Shown here: positions 28,767-39,669 of the stretch, piece by piece
How positions within the stretch are numbered: position 1 is the first letter of the stretch
Layout: each line of letters starts with the position of its first letter
Assembly: GCA_945871905.1 (NCBI GenBank)
Contig: CAMBXL010000004.1
Coordinates: 132,095-196,094, forward strand
Direction: 5' to 3'
DNA length: 64,000 nt
DNA from: Chitinophaga pinensis
Lineage (GTDB): Bacteria; Bacteroidota; Bacteroidia; NS11-12g; UBA955
Translations under genes and position numbers: made by a program
Notes under the pieces: model-generated
The model's database searches: none
Seen by the model: the letters and a program-made list of their open reading frames with translations, nothing else
What the model was told of the DNA's origin: nothing

Positions 28767-31700
28767 TTTTTAGCTGCTTTTTTCTTTTTCTTTCTGCTTC
28801 TGAATGAAATACTGTTAAACTCTTTAGTATAAACAACCCCTACGCCCGATGTAGTAATAGGATTGTTCAACGAAGTTGTATTCACTTGGTTAAAGTTTGA
28901 ACGTGTATATGCTTTTACTTTAATATTCCCTTTTTTCGTAACCTTATACTCAAAATTCAAGTTTGGCCTGTTGGTTAAATTACTAAAACTGCCATCAAAA
29001 CTTAGTCTGTCCTTGATAAATTTACTACTTAAAATAACCCCATATTCCAAAGGCAATGTTAAAGTCCCGTTTTTATAAATAAAGTTCACATTCCAATTGG
29101 GATCAATTTTATTCAACCAATTACTCAATTGTGCTGAAAGCAAATCACTACCCGCAGTTGACAAAGCTTGAGAACCAGCATTAGAAATTCCAATTGAATT
29201 TTCAGCAAACGTAGGAGGTAAAAATTGTTTCATAATTAATAAACTAAAGACCTGACGACTTACCTCGTCTTTGTCTGACTTTATTCTGCTAATAACGGAC
29301 TGAAGGGCGACATAATCGTCTTGTATTTCGTATTGTAATTTTGGGAAATTTAATCCAAAACTGATTTCAGGCGTGAATAAATTTCCTTTAAGGTACAACT
29401 CACTTTCTGCAGTTACCAAACGATTTGAATTAGAATTATTGGTTGACAATGAATTATTCAATGTCAATGCAATTTGCAGTGGATTAGGATTGGCTCGTTC
29501 TGAGTGAAATGCAACAAGGTCTAATTTTGCATCGAGAGGGTCGCCATACCAAGTAATTGTTCCACCCGGACGAATAAAAAATGGTTTATTGTATAAATCA
29601 AATGCAGTAAATAAATATTTTCCTTGAGCTACTTTATAGGTGCCAAACATATAGAAATCACCCGTTTTGTTCATCTCCATTCGGATGTTACCATTGCCAT
29701 TTCCTGTAATTTTATCTCCTAATGTTTCATCAAATATAATCTCCACATTGGCATCTGTATTGGCCTCTATATCTATAATCAATGAATTTAAAGGAAAATC
29801 ATTTACTTTTCTTTCGAAACGTTTTTTGGGAGTTTTAAAATGAACATAATTTGGCAAATCTGAAGCATCACCTTCATTAATAGGTAAATAAAAAGCAGTA
29901 TTAGGCATTGTTTTACCACTTATTTTAATGTCCATTTGATTAAATGGTCCTGTTAATGAAGCATTTCCAGACATAAAACCCTTTCCATAAAACAATGAAT
30001 TATCGGCAGATGTGGTATTCAAAACCTGAAAATTGTCGAGGTCTTTTAAAAATAAATTCAACTTAAAGTCTGACAAATGTTGATGGGTTATTGAACCATT
30101 CACCTTACCTTTACCACCCTTAGGGTCATTTATTGGAAATTCAGGTATGAGAAACCGATTGTCCTCAACCAATATCTCTGCATTAAATGCAATGGGTACT
30201 TTCAAATAATCAACAAGTACTTGCGCATTATTTAAAATTACTTTTCCATTCAATTGAGGCTCAGAGAATTTCCCTGTAATTAACAAACTGTCTTTAATCA
30301 TTAATGATCCTTTAAATTGACTTAAGATACCTTTCATAAATGGTTCGAAAACTTTTAAATTGGTTTCTGGCAAATGTGCATGGAGCTTCAAATTATTTTT
30401 ATCACTAAAATAATCTACATCACCTTCAATTCTCAAATTATTAAGCAACCCCTCTTTTACTTTTATTTGTAAATGTTGCGGTTCACGCAATCCCCTGTTC
30501 TCTGTTAACACCAATAAATTTCCGAAAGTGTCATTGGCATAAGAAAATTCATTAATAGTTAAATCTGAATAATAAATCGGTAATTTTTCTTTTTTCTGAT
30601 ACGTAATAAATCCGTTAGTAATACCTCCGAATTTCTCAATATCAGGATCTTTTACAAAATTGTTTATAATGTCTAAATTGAAATTCTCTAATGATAAATT
30701 CATTGCATTGAAACTTTTTTCACCGTAAGAACCTCTCATTTCCAATGCTTCTATCGCATTCATTATTTTAAATTTTTGTAGGTAAAAACCCGATGAAACA
30801 AAATAGGCCTCACTTGTCTCTTGCAGTGACCACAATTTGTTATTAATCATTAGGTCTGATTTCAAAAGGGATAGTTGGATTGAATCAGTGTAGAAGTTGA
30901 AAATTCCATTTGAATATAAATCAATATTCCAAGTTGTGTCCTTCGCTCTTAAATTAAAATCAATGGTGTTGTCATATATATTCGACACCAATTGAATGTC
31001 TTTTATCGTTACAATACTTTGACTCAAAATCCCTTTACAGTCGACTTTTACATTTAGTTTTTCATTTTCATTTTTAAGTGCATTTAGAAAAATTTGATTC
31101 AGTTTAATGTCCTTATAAAACACCTCCTTGTTCTGTGTCACCAATTTTAGTTCATTTTTTCTGGAATGATAATACCCAGAAATATTAAAGGGTTGCATAC
31201 TGAAATCAGGCCAATACAAGGCGGTGATTTGATTAGGTTTTTTTATGTCAAACGAAAAATCAATGTCTTCATTCGGCGATTTTTGTTGTGGTTTTTTTAT
31301 ATAAGCAGGCAAAAGTTCATGTGCAAATTGCATCAATGAAATATCTAATTCCGAAAGTTTATAATCTCCTACAATATGTAAATCAAACAAATCGGAAAGA
31401 CAATGTATCTCTCGTTTTCCCAAAATCTCATCCGATGTTAGTAACAATTCCGGAATGTCAACTTGCACGTTATTTCTCGAAATACTTAAATTTTGAGCCA
31501 CTATTTTGCCTTGTGCATTGTCGATATTACGACCAGTGAAGTCAAAATCAAAATCTCCTCTTATAATTTGATTAACGAAGTCTAACCCTATTGACGCTAA
31601 ATTAAAATGATTGATTTGCGCTTTAAAGTCTGCTTTCGGAATATTATTCACCGTTTGGAACAAACCATCAAAAACCATGTCTAAATCAGGGTCTTTTACC

Positions 31701-33187
31701 ACAATAGTTCCACTGAAAAAGTCTTTCTTTAAATGCCCTTTAGCTTCTATTTCCGAAAATGCATGTCCTTTATAAACCAATTCATCTATTTTACCATCTA
31801 AATTTAAATCAAAAGACTCTGCAGACAATCCCTTACCATTTAAGGCCAATTTAAAACTAATATCATCAATCGGTGCAAAACTTATAAATGATTTTAACTT
31901 GAAATGATTGCTATTCAATTGTCCTGAATAAACGCCTTTGTCTAATCCATCCTTGAACTTAATATTGATATCCGCATCAAAGTCGCCTAACTCTGTTTTA
32001 ATTTTACCATATGCAATAAAATCATTATAAAATCCAGAGAAATTGCCGTTGTAAACGATAGGTCCTAATGTTTTAAAATTATCAGGAACATTATTCAAAC
32101 TTATTTTTTGCAAATCGGAATAATTAGTCTCCAACTCTTGAATGTCAAAATCTAAAATCGTATTATCAAAATCAGGCAAACCATACAAAGACCAATCCCC
32201 CTTGAATTTAGTTGATTCAAAAATTCGCAACTGAGTATTTTTCCCTTTGAGTTGTCGCAGAGTTCCTGAACCTTCCCCACTGATTTCAATGAGGGTGTTA
32301 TAACTTTTTATGTTATTACTAAAATAACTCAAATCACTTGTGTGTATTTTGGCATCCTTCAAACTGCCATACATGGTTACTTCATCGTTAAAGTTATTAT
32401 AACTTTTCCAACTCTCAGTTTTCATGATAAAAGTGTTTCCAATAGTACTTTTTTCGGTTTCCAAAAGCAAATCTTCAAGTTCAATTCCCTTCCAATGAAT
32501 TTTTGTCTTAGCTGAAATGTTCAACACCTCAAAACCACACTTCTCTTTGGTTGACAAATACTTAGTTTGGAAATTCAATGAATCATCTATCAAGTAAAAC
32601 TGATTGAGTTCGGCATTAATCTCTCTAAAACTAAAATCATTGTAATTGAAATCTAAAAAATCAGGTTTAGGTAAATTCCTATCAAAATAATCAAACCTTG
32701 AATTTTCAATTTCCACTTTTTTGCTAAAAAATGTCCACAATATCTTAGGCTTATTAGGATCACTTGGCGAGTCAAAAAAATCAAGGAAGAATTCATAATT
32801 TAAATCTTTTTCACCTTTGTGTTGACCAAATAAAATTTTAGCCCCAGTCATTCCCAAATAATTCAACTTAACTATGTGCTTGTTTTCATCGTAAGAATGA
32901 TAGTCAACTTTTAATTTCCTGAAATAAAACAAAGTATCATTGTGCTGGTCTTCAACATAAACATCTTCCAAAACAGCAGTTTTAAAAAAGTCAATATCTA
33001 CTCCACCAATAGATACTTTTACGCCCACCTCCTGAGACATGTAGTCGCATAATTTTTGAGTAATCCATGTTTGAACAGGCGAACTTCGAAACACAATGTA
33101 CATCAACCCTACAAAAAAGAGTAAGGTCAATATAAAAAAACGCGCTATTTTCGATATTTTTGCGAGCAACATTGCAAAGTTAAGCAA
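28763..33187 (-). CDS. tamB: Translocation and assembly module protein TamB (DUF490-containing).
   Basis: ~1470 aa, with an N-terminal TM anchor and a long beta-rich body. The C-terminal ~300 aa is a DUF490-like region (…NWNVNFIYKNGTLTLPLEYGV…). It is divergent from tsaD. Confidence 0.75.
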   Translation of the reverse strand: MLNFAMLLAKISKIARFFILTLLFFVGLMYIVFRSSPVQTWITQKLCDYMSQEVGVKVSIGGVDIDFFKTAVLEDVYVEDQHNDTLFYFRKLKVDYHSYDENKHIVKLNYLGMTGAKILFGQHKGEKDLNYEFFLDFFDSPSDPNKPKILWTFFSKKVEIENSRFDYFDRNLPKPDFLDFNYNDFSFREINAELNQFYLIDDSLNFQTKYLSTKEKCGFEVLNISAKTKIHWKGIELEDLLLETEKSTIGNTFIMKTESWKSYNNFNDEVTMYGSLKDAKIHTSDLSYFSNNIKSYNTLIEISGEGSGTLRQLKGKNTQLRIFESTKFKGDWSLYGLPDFDNTILDFDIQELETNYSDLQKISLNNVPDNFKTLGPIVYNGNFSGFYNDFIAYGKIKTELGDFDADINIKFKDGLDKGVYSGQLNSNHFKLKSFISFAPIDDISFKLALNGKGLSAESFDLNLDGKIDELVYKGHAFSEIEAKGHLKKDFFSGTIVVKDPDLDMVFDGLFQTVNNIPKADFKAQINHFNLASIGLDFVNQIIRGDFDFDFTGRNIDNAQGKIVAQNLSISRNNVQVDIPELLLTSDEILGKREIHCLSDLFDLHIVGDYKLSELDISLMQFAHELLPAYIKKPQQKSPNEDIDFSFDIKKPNQITALYWPDFSMQPFNISGYYHSRKNELKLVTQNKEVFYKDIKLNQIFLNALKNENEKLNVKVDCKGILSQSIVTIKDIQLVSNIYDNTIDFNLRAKDTTWNIDLYSNGIFNFYTDSIQLSLLKSDLMINNKLWSLQETSEAYFVSSGFYLQKFKIMNAIEALEMRGSYGEKSFNAMNLSLENFNLDIINNFVKDPDIEKFGGITNGFITYQKKEKLPIYYSDLTINEFSYANDTFGNLLVLTENRGLREPQHLQIKVKEGLLNNLRIEGDVDYFSDKNNLKLHAHLPETNLKVFEPFMKGILSQFKGSLMIKDSLLITGKFSEPQLNGKVILNNAQVLVDYLKVPIAFNAEILVEDNRFLIPEFPINDPKGGKGKVNGSITHQHLSDFKLNLFLKDLDNFQVLNTTSADNSLFYGKGFMSGNASLTGPFNQMDIKISGKTMPNTAFYLPINEGDASDLPNYVHFKTPKKRFERKVNDFPLNSLIIDIEANTDANVEIIFDETLGDKITGNGNGNIRMEMNKTGDFYMFGTYKVAQGKYLFTAFDLYNKPFFIRPGGTITWYGDPLDAKLDLVAFHSERANPNPLQIALTLNNSLSTNNSNSNRLVTAESELYLKGNLFTPEISFGLNFPKLQYEIQDDYVALQSVISRIKSDKDEVSRQVFSLLIMKQFLPPTFAENSIGISNAGSQALSTAGSDLLSAQLSNWLNKIDPNWNVNFIYKNGTLTLPLEYGVILSSKFIKDRLSFDGSFSNLTNRPNLNFEYKVTKKGNIKVKAYTRSNFNQVNTTSLNNPITTSGVGVVYTKEFNSISFRSRKKKKKAAKN

Positions 33188-33212
33188 CTATTCGCAATGT
33201 CTAATTAACAAA

Positions 33213-34223
33213 ATGACCCAAAAACAAGACAGTCCTTGTATCCTTGCCATTGAATCTTCTTGTGATGATACTGCTATAGCTGTCATTGCTAATAACAAAA
33301 TACTTGCCAATGTCGTTTCAAGTCAAAAAATTCATGAAATACATGGTGGTGTTATTCCTGAATTAGCGGGTCGTGCTCATTTACAGTTTATTGTTCCTGT
33401 GTATAACAAAGCTCTTGAATTGGCTGGAATCACAGCTCAACATTTAGATGCAATAGCCTACACTCAAGGCCCTGGATTAATTGGGTCGTTGCTTGTAGGG
33501 GCTCAGTTTGCCAAAGGCTTGAGCCTTGGATTAAACATACCTACTATTACTGTTAATCATTTACAAGCCCATATTGCGGCTCATTACCTTTCTGACACTC
33601 CTCCACAATTTCCATTTTTGTGTTTATTGGTATCAGGTGGACATACTCAAATCGTATTAATGTACAGCCATTCTAAGATCGAAATTATAGGATCAACTAT
33701 TGACGATGCCGCTGGAGAAGCTTTCGATAAAGCTGCAAAAATGATGTCTATCCCCTATCCCGGCGGTCCACTTATCGACCGTTATGCTGAATTGGGAAAT
33801 CCGTTGGCTTATTCTTTTCCAATTGCCAAACTTGAAGGTTTTAATTACAGTTTTAGTGGATTAAAAACCTCATTGTTGTACTTTATACAAAAACAAACAA
33901 AAATTGACCCTGATTTTGTTGATAATAATCTGAATGATTTGTGTGCTTCCATCAGATATACTATTGTAAAAACGCTGATTCAAACATTCGAAAAAGCCAT
34001 TTCTAAATATCAAATCAAGGAAATAGGAATTGCAGGTGGTGTAAGTGCCAATCGATTATTGCGACAAGAATTGTTAATTTTAGGTCAAAAACACCAATTA
34101 AAAGTTCATATTCCCCCTTTTGAATATTGCACAGATAACGCCGCCATGATTGCCGCAGCAGCTCATCAACATTACCTTAACAGTCAGTTTGCAAAACTAT
34201 CAGACACACCTTTTGCACGATAA
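33213..34223 (+). CDS. tsaD: tRNA N6-adenosine threonylcarbamoyltransferase.
   Basis: The N-terminus ILAIESSCDDTAIAV and the metal-binding H..H motif (LQAHIAAHYL) match Kae1/TsaD. ATG at 33213 preferred over the upstream ATG at 33096. Confidence 0.85.
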   Translation: MTQKQDSPCILAIESSCDDTAIAVIANNKILANVVSSQKIHEIHGGVIPELAGRAHLQFIVPVYNKALELAGITAQHLDAIAYTQGPGLIGSLLVGAQFAKGLSLGLNIPTITVNHLQAHIAAHYLSDTPPQFPFLCLLVSGGHTQIVLMYSHSKIEIIGSTIDDAAGEAFDKAAKMMSIPYPGGPLIDRYAELGNPLAYSFPIAKLEGFNYSFSGLKTSLLYFIQKQTKIDPDFVDNNLNDLCASIRYTIVKTLIQTFEKAISKYQIKEIGIAGGVSANRLLRQELLILGQKHQLKVHIPPFEYCTDNAAMIAAAAHQHYLNSQFAKLSDTPFAR

Positions 34224-34233
34224 CTTATTAAGG

Positions 34234-34752
34234 TTAGCGGTATAATTTCAATTTTTTAACCATTTTCTTAAAACGATGTGCCCGGTTTGCAAATGCAGGC
34301 GTTGCGTTGGGTAACTGTTTTTCAAGTTCAAAGTTTATCTCATCCAAAAACTCAGGAAAATCAACAATCAATCCCTCTAAAATAGTAATAGAATACGATT
34401 TAACAGCGATGGTTTCTTTTGGGTTCTGCAAACAGTTTAAACAAATAATTCCCAATTCCTCTTTGACAGAATCTGATTTTTCAATAAATTGAATGGCCTT
34501 AAACAAATTGCGCTTTACACCCAAATGAGTACTTGAATTTGCCTTTGTTATGATTTCAAATATATAAGGATTAAGTAATTCCGGTTTAATTTCTGACAAA
34601 TCGCTAATTATCCATGAGCACAAATATTGAGTTTTATCATCGCCGTTCAACAATGAATGAATTAGTTCTTTTTCATGCCATTGATTTGCTAATATTAAAT
34701 TAACAAAATCAACAACTTGCCTTTTGTTTATTGGGACATTTTCCAATACCAT
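34234..34752 (-). CDS. Hypothetical protein (alpha-helical, possibly a HEAT-like repeat).
   Basis: 172 aa with no signal peptide and no recognisable motif. Confidence 0.35.
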   Translation of the reverse strand: MVLENVPINKRQVVDFVNLILANQWHEKELIHSLLNGDDKTQYLCSWIISDLSEIKPELLNPYIFEIITKANSSTHLGVKRNLFKAIQFIEKSDSVKEELGIICLNCLQNPKETIAVKSYSITILEGLIVDFPEFLDEINFELEKQLPNATPAFANRAHRFKKMVKKLKLYR

Positions 34753-34782
34753 AAACCTGAACGACTAATTTATTACTCCTAT

Positions 34783-37416
34783 TTACTTTGCCAACAAGAG
34801 TTTTATTTTCTCCTCTGCATCCGCTTTTTTCTGACGCTCTTTCGCTATGACCTCTGGTTTTGCATTTGCAACAAATTTTTCGTTGTTCAATTTAGCATCT
34901 ACCGACTTCAAAAATCCTTGTAAATAAGCCAATTCTTCGTCTTTTTTCTTTTGTTCTTCGGCTTCATCTACTGGCGCTTCAAATGGAATAAATATTTCAT
35001 CGGTTCCTACCAATGCACTTATGAATTTGCTTGGTTTTTCTTGATTGTAAAACACCTGATTGATATTGGCTAACTTGCAAAATGTGTATTCCCACAATTT
35101 GTATTCATCAACTTGGTCGGTATTGATATAAACGTCAAAAGCCAATTTAGGAGACAAACCTTTACTGTTTCGAATGGTTCTAATTTCGGTAATTAGCGAT
35201 AAAGCTTTGTCATTTATTACAGGTATTGAATCTTCAAGCATTGGATATGCACTTATAACCAAGGGTTTATTCACCTTATTTTCATTTAAAATATGGAACA
35301 ATTCTTCGGTAATAAATGGCATAAATGGATGTAAAAGAGACAGTATATTGATGAAATTTTGCTTTACATCTTCCATTGTAGAAGCATTGATTGGTTGACC
35401 ATAGATTGGTTTTACCATTTCCAAATACCAAGAACAAAAATCATCCCAAATCAACTTATATGAACACATTAAGGATTCGCTCAATCGGTAATCTTTAAAC
35501 AAATGATGAACCTCGTTTACAGCATTATTGAATTTCATACTAAACCATTGGTTAGCCAATTGGTTTGATTGTAATATTTCCTTAGAAACTTGAGAATCTT
35601 CAACCACTTCCCAACCATTTAACAAACGGTAAGCATTCCATAATTTGTTGCAAAAGTTACGCCCTTGCTCTATCAATGTTTCATCATAAAGGATGTCATT
35701 TCCTGCAGGCGCAGAAAGCAATAAACCCATACGAACACTGTCTGCACCGTATTTTTCAATTAAATCGAGCGGATCAGGACTATTGCCCAATGATTTGCTC
35801 ATTTTACGTCTTTGTTTGTCCCTAACTATTCCTGTAAAATAAACATTGCTAAATGGTTTTTGTCCTTTGAATGCATACCCTGCCATTACCATTCTAGCCA
35901 CCCAAAAGAATATAATATCCGGTCCTGTCACCAAATCCTGTGTAGGATAATAATAGTCGATGTCTTTCTGATTGTCTTTTTTGAAACCATCAAATACACT
36001 CATCGGCCAAAGCCAACTGCTAAACCAAGTATCCAAAACATCTTCATCTTGGTGTAATGCCTCTTTGGTATTTAACAATTGTTGCGCCTCAATTTCGGTT
36101 TTAGCAACAGCAAATTCACCATTTTGATTGTACCAAGCAGGAATTCTTTGTCCCCACCACAGTTGTCTGCTTATGTTCCAATCTTTTATATTTTCGAGCC
36201 AATGCTTGTAAGTATTTTTGAACTTAGCAGGATGGAATTTAATTTCATCGTTCATTACCGAATCAAGCGATTCAGGGTATTTTTGCATAAACAATTGCAT
36301 GTTAACAAACCACTGTGTTGATATTTTCTTTTCTATTACAGCATCTGTTCTTTCACTGTGTCCAACTGTATTTTTGATAGGTTCTATTTTTTCAATTAAA
36401 CCTAACTCTTCTAAATCTTTAATGATTTGTTTTCTACAAGCAAAGCGATCCATCCCCACATAAACACCAGCACGTTCGTGAATTTTACCATCATCGGTCA
36501 ATACATCTATCATTTCCAATTGGTGCTTAACGCCAATATTATAATCATTCTCGTCGTGTGCAGGAGTAACTTTCAAACAACCTGTTCCAAATTCTCTGTC
36601 TATGTAATCGTCTGCAATAATTTTGACAACTCTGTTAGAAATTGGCACTTTTACGGTTTTGCCAATCAAATTTTGGTAACGTTCATCTTCGGGATGTACA
36701 CAGATAGCAACGTCGCCCATAATGGTCTCGGGACGGGTGGTCGCAACGGTTAATCCAATTCCAGAAACACCAGTTTGTGCAATGGTTTCTTCGGTAAATG
36801 GATACACTATATACACCAATTGACTGTTAGTTTCTTTAAAAATAACTTCTTCATCACTCAATGTAGTTTTACCAGCAGGGTCCCAATTCACTATTTTAGT
36901 TCCTCTGTAAATTAATCCATCCTTGTACAATTGAATAAAGACATCAATAACGGCCTCACTCAAATCCTCTTCCATGGTAAAGCGGGTTCTTTTCCAATCG
37001 CAACTTGCCCCCAGTTTTTTCAACTGTTCCAAAATGATACCACCATATTTTTCTTTCCACGACCAAGCGTGTTTCAGAAACTCTTCGCGTGTAATGTCAG
37101 ATTTTTTAATCCCTTGTTCGGCCAACATTTTCACTACTTTGGCTTCAGTAGCAATACTTGCATGGTCCGTTCCTGGAACCCAACAGGCATTTTTACCGTC
37201 CATTCTGGCTTTTCTAATCAATACATCCTGAATGGTATTATTGAGCATGTGCCCCATGTGTAAAACGCCTGTCACATTTGGCGGAGGAATAACAATGGTA
37301 TAAGGTTCACGTTCATCGGGTGTTGAATCAAACAAACCGTTTTCGATCCAATATTTATACCATTTGTCCTCTACAGACTGGGGATTATAATGCTTATCAA
37401 GTTCCATAAAGTGCAA
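34783..37416 (-). CDS. valS: Valine--tRNA ligase.
   Basis: Class I HIGH motif (PPPNVTGVLHMGHM) and KMSKS (KMSKSLGN). 877 aa with a C-terminal coiled coil. Confidence 0.92.
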   Translation of the reverse strand: MHFMELDKHYNPQSVEDKWYKYWIENGLFDSTPDEREPYTIVIPPPNVTGVLHMGHMLNNTIQDVLIRKARMDGKNACWVPGTDHASIATEAKVVKMLAEQGIKKSDITREEFLKHAWSWKEKYGGIILEQLKKLGASCDWKRTRFTMEEDLSEAVIDVFIQLYKDGLIYRGTKIVNWDPAGKTTLSDEEVIFKETNSQLVYIVYPFTEETIAQTGVSGIGLTVATTRPETIMGDVAICVHPEDERYQNLIGKTVKVPISNRVVKIIADDYIDREFGTGCLKVTPAHDENDYNIGVKHQLEMIDVLTDDGKIHERAGVYVGMDRFACRKQIIKDLEELGLIEKIEPIKNTVGHSERTDAVIEKKISTQWFVNMQLFMQKYPESLDSVMNDEIKFHPAKFKNTYKHWLENIKDWNISRQLWWGQRIPAWYNQNGEFAVAKTEIEAQQLLNTKEALHQDEDVLDTWFSSWLWPMSVFDGFKKDNQKDIDYYYPTQDLVTGPDIIFFWVARMVMAGYAFKGQKPFSNVYFTGIVRDKQRRKMSKSLGNSPDPLDLIEKYGADSVRMGLLLSAPAGNDILYDETLIEQGRNFCNKLWNAYRLLNGWEVVEDSQVSKEILQSNQLANQWFSMKFNNAVNEVHHLFKDYRLSESLMCSYKLIWDDFCSWYLEMVKPIYGQPINASTMEDVKQNFINILSLLHPFMPFITEELFHILNENKVNKPLVISAYPMLEDSIPVINDKALSLITEIRTIRNSKGLSPKLAFDVYINTDQVDEYKLWEYTFCKLANINQVFYNQEKPSKFISALVGTDEIFIPFEAPVDEAEEQKKKDEELAYLQGFLKSVDAKLNNEKFVANAKPEVIAKERQKKADAEEKIKLLLAK

Positions 37417-37473
37417 AAATAGAAATAAGTTAGGAGTTTTTTGTAGGAGAACATAAAAAAATGAATGGTTGCA

Positions 37474-37587
37474 TTGTTACACGCCGTTCAGTGTGATTGT
37501 ATATTTGTCACCCTGAGAGCCTTTACTGAGCTTGTCGAAGTGCTCTCGAAGAGTGTTTAATTGTTTCACACCGTTGAGCGTGATTGT
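37474..37587. repeat. Small REP/MITE-like element. A 46-bp GC-rich core (TCACCCTGAGAGCCTTTACTGAGCTTGTCGAAGTGCTCTCGAAGAG) is flanked by imperfect 27-bp direct repeats (TTGTTACACGCCGTTCAGTGTGATTGT / TTGTTTCACACCGTTGAGCGTGATTGT).
   Basis: Direct repeats at 37474-37500 and 37561-37587 (about 22/27 identical). The core composition contrasts with the AT-rich surroundings. It lies in the 442-bp spacer upstream of valS. Confidence 0.45.
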
Positions 37588-37858
37588 TGAATTGGTTTAA
37601 TGGGTTGAATTTCCCAATAGTCATTCTGGAAAATTTTGTCCTCAAAATTTATTCAGAATCTCTTGTTGAATTATGAAAATAACACCATTTAAAGAATAGC
37701 AACGTCAAAATAACTTATGATGGAAGCAAGAAAATCACCGAAATTAAACCCGAGGAAGTTAACCTTTTCCTGTTTTGGGAAAATATTCCTTAAAAAGGCA
37801 AATTAAAACCAACAAAAAATCTAAATCAAAACCATACTTTCCTCAAAATCGCAAATAA

Positions 37859-38767
37859 TCAATCCATTTTAGCTACTTTTCTTTTGTTTACTAAATAACC
37901 AAAAAGTGCGGCTGTAAAGAACATCATCAAACTGTAAATAGCGGGAGGAATACTCATTGCACTGTTATTTAAAACATTAAACGCTATGTATATCGCCATA
38001 GTGCCATTGTGTATCCCAATTTCCATTCCTATTGCAACAGATTGTTTGTGATTGATCTTAAACATCTGAGGAATGTAATACCCAATGGCCATACTTAGAA
38101 TATTGAACAACAAGGCAGCTACTCCAACTTGCTGAAAATACAATGCAACATTTTCTTTTTCTTTCAAAACAGCACCCACAATAATTAAGGCTAAAAATAA
38201 GGCTGACAATATTTTAACAGGCTTGTCTAATTTTTGCGAAACCATTGGTTTTTGTGCATTTATAACCATGCCTATTGAAACCGGAATTAACACAATAGCA
38301 AATACTTCAACTATTTTGGAAAACTGCATCGGTACTGCCATAACTGTTTGCATAAAATATTGAATAGAAAAGTTAACTATAAACGGTAAGGTTAGAAGAG
38401 TAATTAAACTGTTCATAGCAGTTAGGGTAATGTTTAAGGCTACATCCCCTTTGGCTAAATGGCTAAACAAATTCGCAGTTGGTCCTCCGGGTGAAGCCGC
38501 CAAAAGCATTAATCCCACTGCAAGTGCAGGCTCTAAGCCAAATCCTTTGGCAATAAAAAAACAAACCACAGGCAACAATAACATTTGACAAACCAAACCT
38601 ATAAATACCGCTTTAGGGTATTTTACAATTCTTTTAAAATCATCTAAGGTTAACGATAAACCTAATCCTAGCATAATAACAGACAAAGCAACAGGCAAAA
38701 AAACATTGGTTAAACTATTTGCAGCAGGTGCCGTTTGTGTTTGTAAAATTTGTAATAATAAACTCAT
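37859..38767 (-). CDS. Bile acid:sodium symporter (BASS/SBF) family transporter.
   Basis: ~300 aa, 9-10 TM helices, with N-terminal LGLGLSLTLDDFKRIVKYPKAVFIGLVCQMLLLP typical of the SBF family. Confidence 0.7.
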   Translation of the reverse strand: MSLLLQILQTQTAPAANSLTNVFLPVALSVIMLGLGLSLTLDDFKRIVKYPKAVFIGLVCQMLLLPVVCFFIAKGFGLEPALAVGLMLLAASPGGPTANLFSHLAKGDVALNITLTAMNSLITLLTLPFIVNFSIQYFMQTVMAVPMQFSKIVEVFAIVLIPVSIGMVINAQKPMVSQKLDKPVKILSALFLALIIVGAVLKEKENVALYFQQVGVAALLFNILSMAIGYYIPQMFKINHKQSVAIGMEIGIHNGTMAIYIAFNVLNNSAMSIPPAIYSLMMFFTAALFGYLVNKRKVAKMD

Positions 38768-38904
38768 ATCTATTCTTTTTTAAAAGACAAATGTATTATT
38801 AAAATTATATAATGCAAGTATTTTTAAATTTCTGTATTAAAAAAATCTTTAAACTTATCTAGTAACTGATTTTTGAAATTACTAATAACGTATTCAACCC
38901 ATCC

Positions 38905-39633
38905 CTACCTCACCAAATTATCCAACACAATAGCGGTACTTACAGCGGCATTTAAAGATTCTGCGCCCCCGATTTTAGGAATAGTGAGTTTGTATGTGGC
39001 CCTTTGCATAATCTCTTTACTCACGCCATGCCCCTCATTGCCTATTACTATCATTCCCTTTTGCATGGTTTGGAATGTATGTACGTTTTCACCATCGAAA
39101 CTCGTTACTATTAATGGTAGCTGATACTGTTCTGCTAATTGAATAATATCTGCATAAACCACCTCAACCCGCAAAAAACTCCCCATTGTTGCGCTTATGC
39201 ACTTAGGATTGTAAACATCGGTACACCCTTTACTACAAATCAATTTTTTAATCCCATACCAATCGGCAATCCTGATTATTGTGCCCAAATTACCTGGGTC
39301 TTGAATTTCATCTAAAGCCAATGTGTACTCATCGGCCGATAAATGTTGATTAAATTGAGGTATTTTTACGACCGCCAAAACCCTTTGTGGCGCTTGATGA
39401 AAAGATATTTTTTTTAATTCTTCTTCTGTCACTTCAATACACTCCAAACCTTTTATAAACAACTGATTTTCAGCAACCCATGAATTTATGGCTACTAATT
39501 TCACAATTTTGTAAGAGCTTTTCAACAATTCGGCAATACTTTTTTCACCTTCTACCACAAATTGGTCATATTTTTGTCTCTGTTTTTTATCTTGAAGACT
39601 TTTAATAAATTGAATGGCAGTTTTACTCAACAT
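38905..39633 (-). CDS. TrmH/SpoU family RNA 2'-O-methyltransferase.
   Basis: SpoU motifs (LDEIQDPGNLGTIIRIADWYG; VIGNEGHGVS; ESLNAAVS). The N-terminal substrate-binding domain resembles RlmB. Confidence 0.75.
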   Translation of the reverse strand: MLSKTAIQFIKSLQDKKQRQKYDQFVVEGEKSIAELLKSSYKIVKLVAINSWVAENQLFIKGLECIEVTEEELKKISFHQAPQRVLAVVKIPQFNQHLSADEYTLALDEIQDPGNLGTIIRIADWYGIKKLICSKGCTDVYNPKCISATMGSFLRVEVVYADIIQLAEQYQLPLIVTSFDGENVHTFQTMQKGMIVIGNEGHGVSKEIMQRATYKLTIPKIGGAESLNAAVSTAIVLDNLVR

Positions 39634-39669
39634 GGCTTTTGGGCTTGGGGATTGCTATTTATATTGTTA

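Noticed and set aside
34234-34752. Possible AlkD-like (HEAT-repeat) DNA-alkylation repair protein next to tsaD.
   Set aside because: The helical-repeat composition is suggestive, but at 172 aa it is too short and lacks any motif I can anchor. It is left as hypothetical.
37474-37587. The repeat arms begin TGTTACACG / TGTTTCACA, resembling half of a parS site (TGTTNCACGTGAAACA).
   Set aside because: Only one half-site is present and the palindromic partner (GTGAAACA) is absent. The location upstream of valS is 6 kb from parAB, so I judge this coincidental.
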